Origin: Candidatus Binatia bacterium
Lineage (GTDB): Bacteria; Desulfobacterota; Binatia; UBA9968; JAJDTQ01
Length of the DNA stretch: 64,000 bases
Assembly: GCA_963422385.1 (NCBI GenBank)
Contig: OY729432.1
Span: 1,989,136-2,053,135, forward strand
Reading direction: 5' to 3'
In this document: in pieces, positions 1 through 8,223 of the stretch
Layout: every line of letters starts with the position of its first letter
Position numbering within the stretch: position 1 is the first letter of the stretch
Notes under the pieces: generated by a model
What the model was told of the DNA's origin: nothing
The model's input: only the letters and a program-made list of their open reading frames with translations
The model's database searches: none
Translations under genes and position numbers: made by a program

Positions 1-1122
1 CAGCGACTCGATGGCGAAGACCGCCTGCGGCTGTCCCGGCGACTTCATGTAACCGCCGGGCACGCCATTGGTGTAGACGTTGCTGGTCCGAACGGCGTAG
101 TTGGGAATCCGGTAGGCGTTGGTGACGTACGAGCCGTCGATCTCCGACGGCTTGAAGCCCGAGTAGGCGCCGCTGTCGAAGTAGATGTCGGTGTCCAGGG
201 CCACCAGCCTTCCGTCCCGTTTGGCCCCCAGCTTGAGTCGCATCACCGCAGGGTGTCGGGGGTCCCCGGCCATGAGTTCCTCGGTATAGTTCATCACCAT
301 CTTCACGGGGCGCCCGGCGGCTTTGGACAGGTAGTAGCAGACCGGCACGTCCATCTGGGAGCCCTTGCCGCCGAAGTCGCCACCAAGGGCGACGCCGTGG
401 ACGTGGATTCCTTCTTCGTCAAGGTCCAGTTGCGCGGCCAGCATTTTCTTGAGCCGGAACGGCGCTTTGCACGACGCCCAGACATCGATGCGCGCGGCGT
501 CGCCGGCCGCCACCACCGTGGCGTGGGGCTCGAGGTAGGCCTGGTGGACCTGCGGCGTGCGGAAGGTGTGCTCGACGATGACGTCCGCGTCCGCGAATCC
601 CTGCCCCACGTCGCCGGCGGCGTGCTCCTTGAGGGACAGGACGTTGGGCTGGTGGTCCGGGCGCCCGGGCACGCCGTCATAACTGTCGAGCTGCTCGTGA
701 ATCACCGGAGCCCCTGTCGCCAGCGCCTCCGGGATATCGGCCACGGCGGGCAGTTCCTCGTACTCCACCTCGATAAGCGACAGCGCCTCCTCGGCGGCAT
801 CCAGCGTTTCGGCGGCCACCGCGGCGATCTTGTCGCCGATGAACCGCACCTTGTCCCGGGCCAGCACCGGCAGGTCCCGAAGACTCACCCCCACCCGCAC
901 GTCCGGGACGTCCGCCCCCGTCAGCACCGCATGGATCCCCGGCACCTGGCGAGCCCGTGACGCGTCCACGCGCTTCAACCTGGCATGCGCCACCGTGCTG
1001 CGCAGGCACTTTCCCCAAAGCGCCGCGGGTACCTGCACGTCAGCCGTGTATTCCATCTTGCCGGAGACCTTGTCCGGACCCTCCACGCGTCCGATCGGAT
1101 GCCCTACGACCTTGAGATCCAT
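1..1122 (-). CDS. Xanthine dehydrogenase/CoxL-family molybdopterin-binding subunit (3' end runs off window)
   Basis: Not in ORF track. Manual translation from ATG at 1122: MDLKVVGHPIGRVEGPDKVSGKMEYTADV...LARDKVRFIGDKIAAVAAE...HQAYLEPH...GGDFGGKG. AGGAG RBS upstream. Confidence 0.92.
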   Translation of the reverse strand, partial: MDLKVVGHPIGRVEGPDKVSGKMEYTADVQVPAALWGKCLRSTVAHARLKRVDASRARQVPGIHAVLTGADVPDVRVGVSLRDLPVLARDKVRFIGDKIAAVAAETLDAAEEALSLIEVEYEELPAVADIPEALATGAPVIHEQLDSYDGVPGRPDHQPNVLSLKEHAAGDVGQGFADADVIVEHTFRTPQVHQAYLEPHATVVAAGDAARIDVWASCKAPFRLKKMLAAQLDLDEEGIHVHGVALGGDFGGKGSQMDVPVCYYLSKAAGRPVKMVMNYTEELMAGDPRHPAVMRLKLGAKRDGRLVALDTDIYFDSGAYSGFKPSEIDGSYVTNAYRIPNYAVRTSNVYTNGVPGGYMKSPGQPQAVFAIESL

Positions 1123-1191
1123 GGTTTCTCCTGTTGGCTGGTTCGATGATCCATATCCGGCAGTTTGGCGGATCGATGGAAAAAGGGCAAC

Positions 1192-1218
1192 GATTCCCGC
1201 TTTCGCGGGGAATGACGG
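1192..1218. repeat. CGTC-type REP-like palindrome (reverse orientation)
   Basis: GATTCCCGCTTTCGCGGGGAATGACGG; related copies at 23531, 37656 and 22612 (partial). Confidence 0.7.
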
Positions 1219-1269
1219 AGGATGCGGGGAGCAGCCTTGGGGTTACACCGTCGCGCGGGACAAAACGTG

Positions 1270-1298
1270 TTGAATAACCACCCCCGATTCAATATGCT
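1270..1298 (+). promoter_or_regulatory. Putative sigma70 promoter overlapped by inverted repeat
   Basis: TTGAAT-17 nt-TATGCT; TTGAAT-N11-ATTCAA dyad at 1270-1292. Confidence 0.5.
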
Positions 1299-1380
1299 GC
1301 TTGGCGCGAGGCGCGGGTTTCCGGGAAAGCCGGGTCCGCGCCGTTGATGTCCACGCGTTGTGACGAAGGAGGACTTGACC

Positions 1381-3081
1381 ATGGAATATGATCTGCTGAT
1401 TCGCGGCGGCCGCGTTGCCGACGGTTCCGGACTGCCGTCCCACACGGCGGATGTCGGCGTGAAGGATGGCAAGATCGCCGAGGTGGGCCGTCTCAAGGGG
1501 TCGGCGAGCCGGACCATTGACGCCGCCGGCCTGGTGGTGTCTCCGGGATTCATCGACCACCACACCCACATGGATGCGCAGATCCTCTGGGATCCTTACG
1601 GCACGTCGGAGCCGCAGCACGGCATCACCTCCGTGGTCATGGGAAACTGCGGTCTGGCTCTGGCGCCCGTGGACGACGGCGGCGAGGACGCCCTGGTCAA
1701 GAGCTTCGTGCGGGTGGAGGCAATTCCCCGCTTCGCCCTGGAGAAGGGAGTGACCTGGGGCTGGCACACCTACGGCGAATATCTCGACGCCCTGGAGGGA
1801 AGACTCGGCATCAACGCCGGCGGTCTGGTGGGCCACATCGCCGTGCGCCAGAATGTCATGGGCGAGGATTCGGTGGAGCGAAAAGCCACCGCGAGCGAGG
1901 TGCAGAAGATGAAGGGCCTGGTACGGGACGCCATGGATGCGGGCGCCCTCGGGTTCTCCACCAACCGCAACGAGCGGCACATGAGGGAAGACGGCAAGCC
2001 GGTGGCCAGCCGGCTGGCGGACGACGACGAGCTGTTCGCCTTGTGCGACGTGCTCGGCGAGCTCAACAGCGGCATCGTCGAGACCATCCTCGGCCGTAAC
2101 AAGATGGAGCACTTCGACTACTACCACGATCTGGCGCGTCGGACGCAGCGGCCGATCATCTGGCAGAGCGTTCACCATCGTTGGGCCGAGCCGACGCTTT
2201 GGCAGCAACAGTTGGACGCGGTGTCGCGGATCTTCCGTGACGGCTACCGCGCGTACGGCCTTACCCAGACGGTCCCCCTCGTCCGTCACTTCAACCTGCA
2301 GAACGCCCAGCTTTTCGATGAGTTCCCCAACTGGAAGAACATCATGTTCCTGCCGCTGGAGGCGCGCCAGCAGGCTTTTTCCGACCCGGCCACGCGCGAG
2401 AAGCTGCGCGGGGACTTGGCGACGAAGCGCATGACCAATTTTCACAGGCGCTGGGATATCGTGCAGGTGGAAAAGGTCGTCAAGGACGAGAACAAGCGCT
2501 ACGAAGGCAAGAGCGTGGCGGAAATGGCGGCCATGCGGAACCAGGAACCGCTGGACGCCTTCCTCGATCTCTCGTTGGACGAGGGGCTGTTGACCACCTT
2601 CCAGAACGCCAACACCGGCGGGGATGCGGAGGCCATGGGAGAGATTTTGCGCAGCCCCTACGTGCTGGTGGGTACTTCGGATGCCGGCGCCCACGTATTG
2701 TACGGCGCCGACTTTGGCTACGGCACGACGCTGCTGGGGCTGTGGGTGCGCGAGCGGGGTCTGATGCCGCTGGAAGAGGCGGTTCACAAGCTCACCTTCC
2801 ACGTTGCCTCGGTCTACGGACTCGAGGGCAGGGGGCTGATCCGGCCCGGGTACGCGGCGGATCTGACGCTGTTCGACCCCGAGACCGTGCGGGCGTACGA
2901 ACCCGAGTGGGCGGCGGACTACCCGGCTGGAACCAGACGGCTGATCCAGCGATCCGACGGCATTCACTACACCATCGTGAACGGCGGCGTGATCTACGAA
3001 GGTGGCCGTTTGAGCGGAGACCTGCCGGGTCAGGTGTTGCGCGGCTCCGCCTACGCCCCAAGCCGTGCGGCTGCCGCCTAG
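1381..3081 (+). CDS. N-acyl-D-amino-acid deacylase-like amidohydrolase
   Basis: PGFIDHHTHMD, GITSVVMGNCG, SDAGAH, GRGLIRPGYAADL motifs; AGGAGG RBS before ATG 1381. Confidence 0.9.
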   Translation: MEYDLLIRGGRVADGSGLPSHTADVGVKDGKIAEVGRLKGSASRTIDAAGLVVSPGFIDHHTHMDAQILWDPYGTSEPQHGITSVVMGNCGLALAPVDDGGEDALVKSFVRVEAIPRFALEKGVTWGWHTYGEYLDALEGRLGINAGGLVGHIAVRQNVMGEDSVERKATASEVQKMKGLVRDAMDAGALGFSTNRNERHMREDGKPVASRLADDDELFALCDVLGELNSGIVETILGRNKMEHFDYYHDLARRTQRPIIWQSVHHRWAEPTLWQQQLDAVSRIFRDGYRAYGLTQTVPLVRHFNLQNAQLFDEFPNWKNIMFLPLEARQQAFSDPATREKLRGDLATKRMTNFHRRWDIVQVEKVVKDENKRYEGKSVAEMAAMRNQEPLDAFLDLSLDEGLLTTFQNANTGGDAEAMGEILRSPYVLVGTSDAGAHVLYGADFGYGTTLLGLWVRERGLMPLEEAVHKLTFHVASVYGLEGRGLIRPGYAADLTLFDPETVRAYEPEWAADYPAGTRRLIQRSDGIHYTIVNGGVIYEGGRLSGDLPGQVLRGSAYAPSRAAAA

Positions 3082-3128
3082 GAGCGGGTCCGAGTAAGCG
3101 GGAATCTACTGCGGGTCAAGGGTGATCT

Positions 3129-3157
3129 GTACGGGCGGGTTTCAAACCCGCCCGTAC
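3129..3157. repeat. GTAG-type REP-like perfect palindrome
   Basis: GTACGGGCGGGTTT-C-AAACCCGCCCGTAC; related copies at 31853 and 34897. Confidence 0.75.
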
Positions 3158-3191
3158 TCCGTTTATCCCTGAATCGATTTCAGGAGGCCGT

Positions 3192-3509
3192 GTGGGAGTG
3201 ACATACATTCCGGTGGCGCAAACCGGTGAACTGGAGCCCGGGCAAAGGAAGGCCGTCGAGCTAAGCGGTCGGTCGGTGGTTGTGACGCGGGGGGACAACG
3301 GTTACTTCGCGTTCTCCCGCTATTGCCCGCATGAGAGCGCGGATCTCATGAATGGTCTCATCGTGGCGGGGAAGGTCCGTTGCGACAATCACGGATATTG
3401 CTTCGATCTCGATACCGGAGAATGCGTGTTGCCCAGAGGTGGTGACCCGCTGACGGTTCTCCCGGTGGAGGAGAGAGGGGAGGATATCTGTATTCGTATC
3501 GAGTGGTAG
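3192..3509 (+). CDS. Rieske (2Fe-2S) ferredoxin
   Basis: CPH...CDNHGYCFDLDTG Rieske ligand pattern; GGAGG RBS. Confidence 0.9.
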   Translation: MGVTYIPVAQTGELEPGQRKAVELSGRSVVVTRGDNGYFAFSRYCPHESADLMNGLIVAGKVRCDNHGYCFDLDTGECVLPRGGDPLTVLPVEERGEDICIRIEW

Positions 3510-4429
3510 TCCCGCGGAACCGGTATGACTCGGTCCTCCTGATCGCGTTCGGCGGACCCGAAAGCCCGGACGAAATCAGGCCGTTTCTCGAGCGTGTGAC
3601 CGCCGGGCGGCGTATCCCTCCCGCGCGTCTCGAGGCGGTGGCGCACCACTACGAGCTCATCGGCGGCCGTTCCCCGCTCAACGAGCTCACGCGCGGACAG
3701 GCGGATGCCTTGCGACGCAGGCTGGCCCGGGACGGAGCCGCCATCCCCGTTTACGTGGGTATGCGAAACTCGCGCCCGTTTCTGGACGAAACCCTGGTGG
3801 AGCTTGCAGCGGATGGCCGCCGGCGCGTGCTGGGGATCATTCTCTCCGCCTTCCGGACCGAGGCGTCCTGGAGCCGGTACATCAGCGGAGTGGAAGCCGC
3901 CCGCGAGGCCGTAGCGGGCGGGGCGCCGGTCGTGGACTACGCCGAGTCCTGGTCGCATCGCCCGCTGTTCATCCAGGCAGTGGCGGAGCGCGTTGCCGCC
4001 ACCATCGACCGGATGCCGCGGGCGTCTCGGAACGCGCCGATGGTCTTCACCGCCCACAGCATTCCACGGTCCATGGCGGAGGATTCACCCTACGCGGATC
4101 AGTTTCGGAAGGCGTCGCAAAGGGTGGCCGAACGGCTGGGGCGGAGCAACTGGTCCCTGGCCTACCAGAGCCGCAGCGGCAACCCGCGGGATCCCTGGCT
4201 CGAGCCCGACGTGAACGAAAGGATCGAGCAGTTGGCGGGAGCCGGCGAGAAAGCGGTCATCGTGGTGCCCGTCGGTTTCGTTTCCGACCACGTGGAGGTT
4301 CTCTACGATCTCGACGTCGAGGCCCGGCAGCGGGCCCGCGGGTTGGGGATGCATTTTTGCCGGGCGCCCGCCGTGAACGACCACCCCTTGTTCATCCGGA
4401 TGCTGGCGGACCTCGTTTCAGGGGCCTGA
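3503..4429 (+). CDS. hemH: Ferrochelatase
   Basis: FGGPE, GGRSPL, FTAHSIP, AYQSRSG...WLEP, GFVSDHVEVLYDLD motifs. Confidence 0.95.
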   Translation: MVVPRNRYDSVLLIAFGGPESPDEIRPFLERVTAGRRIPPARLEAVAHHYELIGGRSPLNELTRGQADALRRRLARDGAAIPVYVGMRNSRPFLDETLVELAADGRRRVLGIILSAFRTEASWSRYISGVEAAREAVAGGAPVVDYAESWSHRPLFIQAVAERVAATIDRMPRASRNAPMVFTAHSIPRSMAEDSPYADQFRKASQRVAERLGRSNWSLAYQSRSGNPRDPWLEPDVNERIEQLAGAGEKAVIVVPVGFVSDHVEVLYDLDVEARQRARGLGMHFCRAPAVNDHPLFIRMLADLVSGA

Positions 4430-4459
4430 TCGCCCGGTCCTTTTCGTTTTCCGGCCGTA

Positions 4460-4488
4460 TTGACCGCGGCGGGTCCTGTCTATAGGAT
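4460..4488 (+). promoter_or_regulatory. Putative sigma70 promoter
   Basis: TTGACC-17 nt-TAGGAT upstream of the binding-protein gene. Confidence 0.5.
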
Positions 4489-4582
4489 TGCCGATGCGGC
4501 ATCCTGCGCGCCTTGTTGTGCGGATCAACCGGACGGGACACGCGGTGTCCGGCCGACGTCCATCGCGCAGGGAGGAGGGATC

Positions 4583-5590
4583 ATGTTCTCCGGATTCCCG
4601 GGTTCGCTCGCGGCAGCCGTCTTGGCGGTGTTCACGTTCGCATCCGTCTCTTCGGGAGCTGAAGCCAGGGCACCGGTCCGGGTCGCCTTCGCCGGCTTCG
4701 GCGTGGGAACCGTCGTAACCTGGATAGCCGGGGACAAGGACCTGTTCGCCAAGTACGGCCTCGACATCGAGGCTGTCTACCTCGACGGAGCCGCCGCCGG
4801 CGGAGTGCGGTCCCTCCTGGGGACTGACATCGTCGTGACCTCCCGGGACGTGTTGCCTCCGCTGGAGGCCGTCAGCAACGGCGCCGACCTGGTATTTTTC
4901 GGGGGCCACGCGAGCCCCGAAAACTACCGTTTCGGAGTGGCTTCCTATGTCGACCACCTCGCGCAGCTCAAGGGCAAGAAGGTCGGCGTGTCGAACCTGG
5001 GCAGAAAGTCCGACCTGATCGCGCGCGTGGTCCTGCGGCGCGCGGGGCTGGATCCGGTCGAAGACGTGGAGATGGTTCCCATCGGCTACTCGCCTCAAAG
5101 AGCGGCTGCCATCTATCGCAACATCGTCCAGGGGGCGCCGTTGATTCCACAGGTGGCGGCGGAAGCGCAACGGGTGGGGATCAAGGTGCTCGATGTGGGC
5201 GAGGTCAACCTGGCCACCGATTTGCTGGTCACGACGCGAACCTTTGCCGAGCGGAATCCCGGACTGCTGCGGCGTTTCCTGATGGCCTATCTCAACGGCA
5301 TCCAGTATTTTCTCACCGAACGCGCCGACAGCATGCGCATCATGAAAGAGCACGTGACCTTGGCCGAGGGGGCTTCCCTCGCGGAGACCTATCGCTCCCT
5401 CGCGCACCGGCTGGATCCACTGCCCCTGCTTCAGGCCGAGGCGGTTCAGGCCCTGATCGACGCGGTTTCGGTTACGGATTCGCGCGCGCGGCAGCTCAGT
5501 CCCCATCCGCTCCTGGAGTTGGAAGCCCTCAAGCGGTTGGACAGGGCGGGCTTCGTCAAGGGACTGTACTCGGAGAAGATCAAGCTCTAG
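4583..5590 (+). CDS. ABC transporter substrate-binding protein, NMT1/THI5 (SsuA/TauA)-like
   Basis: Signal peptide, FAKYGLDIE, LKGKKVGVS, AGLDPVEDVEMV; GGAGGAGG RBS. Confidence 0.85.
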   Translation: MFSGFPGSLAAAVLAVFTFASVSSGAEARAPVRVAFAGFGVGTVVTWIAGDKDLFAKYGLDIEAVYLDGAAAGGVRSLLGTDIVVTSRDVLPPLEAVSNGADLVFFGGHASPENYRFGVASYVDHLAQLKGKKVGVSNLGRKSDLIARVVLRRAGLDPVEDVEMVPIGYSPQRAAAIYRNIVQGAPLIPQVAAEAQRVGIKVLDVGEVNLATDLLVTTRTFAERNPGLLRRFLMAYLNGIQYFLTERADSMRIMKEHVTLAEGASLAETYRSLAHRLDPLPLLQAEAVQALIDAVSVTDSRARQLSPHPLLELEALKRLDRAGFVKGLYSEKIKL

Positions 5591-5636
5591 TGTGGTGTCC
5601 TGTACAAGCCGTGGACAAGGTGTACAGGACACCACG
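5587..5636. mobile_element. CTAG-anchored miniature inverted-repeat element
   Basis: 15-bp inverted repeats GTGGTGTCCTGTACA (5592-5606) / TGTACAGGACACCAC (5621-5635) right after a CTAG stop; homologues at 11695 and 37596. Confidence 0.55.
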
Positions 5637-5691
5637 CCAGGAGCCCGTACTGCGCGTCCCTTCTCCGCCCGGCTTGCCTGCCCGCCAAAAA

Positions 5692-5720
5692 TTGCATTCG
5701 GTGCGCATATCCCATAGAAT
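5692..5720 (+). promoter_or_regulatory. Putative sigma70 promoter of plsC-rnj-ftsK-lolA
   Basis: TTGCAT-17 nt-TAGAAT. Confidence 0.6.
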
Positions 5721-5810
5721 GAAACAACCTCGGGTTTTTCATAGTCGTATGTGTGAGACATCCGACCCGGACAGGCTCCCAGGGGCCCGGGCAGACGCGC
5801 CTTCAACAGC

Positions 5811-6557
5811 ATGTACACGCTAAAGCTGGCCCTGATCGTCCTTGGGAGCATTCTCCAGAGCATTCCCATGATCGCCCTCGGGCTCCTGGATCCCTACGGC
5901 AAGCGCGTCTATCCGATGTTTCGCTTCTGGTCCTGGTGCGTTCTCAAGATCGGTGGCGTGGGGCTGCGGGTACGTCTGGTCGGCCGTCTGGATCCGAGTC
6001 ATGCCTATGTCTTCATGGCCAATCACCAGAGCAATATCGACATTCCGGTTCTCGTGCAGGCGCTTGCGCCGTTTCAACTGCGCTGGATGGCGAAGCGGGA
6101 ACTGCTCCGTGTCCCGTTTTTCGGCTGGGCTCTATGGGCCTCCAGGCACATCATCGTCAAACGTTCGCGGTCAAAGGCGGTGGTGGCGGCCATGGCTGCC
6201 GCCTGTGAGAAGTTGACCCGGGGGATTTCCGTGGTGGTGTTCCCCGAGGGCACCCGCAGCACGGACGGACAACTGTTGCCGTTCAAGCGCGGTGGGTTTC
6301 GGCTGGCCGAGCAGGCCGGTGTTCCCATCGTGCCCGTCACCATCAATGGCTCGGGCGTGCTCATGAAGCGAGGGGACTGGCGTCTCAAGCCCGGAGAAGT
6401 CGAGATCGTCATTGGTGACGCGATCCCCCCGGACGACGTACGGGATCGTTCCCGCGGGCAGATGCATCGTGTCCGGGAGGCCATCGATTCGCGCCTGGCG
6501 CCCCGCGCCGCGGCATCGGGCGAGTTTTATGAACCTATTCGTGAGGCAGGACACTAG
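5811..6557 (+). CDS. plsC: 1-acyl-sn-glycerol-3-phosphate acyltransferase
   Basis: NHQSNID, VFPEGTRS, PFKRGGF motifs. Confidence 0.92.
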   Translation: MYTLKLALIVLGSILQSIPMIALGLLDPYGKRVYPMFRFWSWCVLKIGGVGLRVRLVGRLDPSHAYVFMANHQSNIDIPVLVQALAPFQLRWMAKRELLRVPFFGWALWASRHIIVKRSRSKAVVAAMAAACEKLTRGISVVVFPEGTRSTDGQLLPFKRGGFRLAEQAGVPIVPVTINGSGVLMKRGDWRLKPGEVEIVIGDAIPPDDVRDRSRGQMHRVREAIDSRLAPRAAASGEFYEPIREAGH

Positions 6558-8213
6558 ATGGAGTCGGTGAGGATCGTTCCCCTCGGAGGCCTGGGAGAAT
6601 TCGGCTGCAACATGCTGGCAGTGGAGTGGGAGGACTCGGTTATCGCCGTGGACTGCGGCGTCATGTTCCCCGGCCCCGAGCTCCTGGGCATCGATCTGGT
6701 CATTCCGGACATCAGCTACCTGATGGAGCAGGGCAGGATTCCCCGGGCCATCATTCTGACTCATGCCCACGAGGACCACATCGGCGCCTTGCCCTATATC
6801 CTGCGGCGTTTCCAGGCGCCGGTGTACGGCACCCGTCTGACTCTGGGGTTCCTGCGTCACAAATTGCGGGAGCACAGGCTCGAAGAGTCCACGGAACTGG
6901 TGGAAATCACGCCCGGGAAGCGGTTTTCGGTGGGGCCTTTCACGATCGAGGGGATTCCCGTAACCCACAGCCTGGTTGACTGCATCGCTTTGGCCATCGA
7001 GACGCCCATCGGCGTCATTCTTCACACCGGGGACTTCAAGATCGACAACACGCCCATGGCCGGCCAAAGCTTCGACTTTCACCGCTTTGCGGCCTACGGC
7101 GACAAGGGCGTCCTGCTGCTGCTTTCGGACTCCACCAACGTCGAGCGCACGGGCAGTACGCCCTCCGAGCGTGTTGTCGGCGAGGGTCTCCGGGGGATCT
7201 TCAACTCCAGTCCGGGACGCATCTTCATCGCGACGTTCGCCTCCCACATCCCGCGCATTCAGCAGGTTGCGGAGCTGGCCACCGACTTCGGGCGCAAGCT
7301 GGTCCTCAGCGGACGGAGCATCATCAACAACACGGGCATAGCGGCGGACCTGGGCTGTCTCCGCCTGCCGGATGACGTCATGACCGACAGCCGGGGCTGG
7401 CAGGACGTGGCCGACGACCATCTCTGTTTCCTCACCACCGGAAGCCAGGGGGAGCCCCTCTCCGTCCTGCATCGCGTGGCCTTCGACGAGCATCGATCCA
7501 TCAGGATTCAGCCCGGGGACACGGTGGTGCTCTCGGCGAGGTTCATCCCGGGAAACGAGAAGATCATCAGCAGCCTGATCAATCATCTCTACCGGCGGGG
7601 CGCCCAGGTCCACTACGAGCGCACGTCGGAGATACACGTCTCGGGGCACGCCAGCCAGGAAGAGCTGAAGACCATGATCCAACTCACCCGCCCGCGGTAC
7701 TTCGTGCCCGTGCACGGAGAGTTCCGCCAGCTCTGCAAGCACATCGAGCTCGCGCGCGCGGTGGGCATACCCTCGGACCACTGTTTCCTCATGGAGAACG
7801 GCGACGCGCTGGAGATCAACGGCCCGGACGCGGTGCGTGTGGACCCGGTGGCAACCGGCAAGGTCTTCGTCGATGGCAAGGGGACCGGCGACGTGGAAGA
7901 CATTGTCATACGGGACCGCCGGCATCTGAGCGAGGACGGGCTGGTGGTGGTGGCCATGGCGGTGCACCAGCGAACCGGCGAGGTGGCCGCCGGCCCGGAT
8001 TTGCTGGCCCGGGGGTTCATGCGTTCGGAGGAAGAGGACGACGTTCTGGGCGCGGCCCGGGATTCATTGCGGGAGTACATCGACGGCTGCGGCGTGGAGA
8101 GGCGTACCGACTCCGCCCAGCTCAAGGAAGGCATACGGCGGTCGCTGCGAAAGTTCTTCGAGAAGAGGCTGCACCGCCGGCCGGTGATCCTGCCTTATAT
8201 CATGGAGATGTAG
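6558..8213 (+). CDS. rnj: Ribonuclease J
   Basis: PLGGLGEFG, THAHEDHIG, TGSQGEP, HVSGHAS, PVHGE motifs. Confidence 0.96.
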   Translation: MESVRIVPLGGLGEFGCNMLAVEWEDSVIAVDCGVMFPGPELLGIDLVIPDISYLMEQGRIPRAIILTHAHEDHIGALPYILRRFQAPVYGTRLTLGFLRHKLREHRLEESTELVEITPGKRFSVGPFTIEGIPVTHSLVDCIALAIETPIGVILHTGDFKIDNTPMAGQSFDFHRFAAYGDKGVLLLLSDSTNVERTGSTPSERVVGEGLRGIFNSSPGRIFIATFASHIPRIQQVAELATDFGRKLVLSGRSIINNTGIAADLGCLRLPDDVMTDSRGWQDVADDHLCFLTTGSQGEPLSVLHRVAFDEHRSIRIQPGDTVVLSARFIPGNEKIISSLINHLYRRGAQVHYERTSEIHVSGHASQEELKTMIQLTRPRYFVPVHGEFRQLCKHIELARAVGIPSDHCFLMENGDALEINGPDAVRVDPVATGKVFVDGKGTGDVEDIVIRDRRHLSEDGLVVVAMAVHQRTGEVAAGPDLLARGFMRSEEEDDVLGAARDSLREYIDGCGVERRTDSAQLKEGIRRSLRKFFEKRLHRRPVILPYIMEM

Positions 8214-8223
8214 GCGCGCGCCC

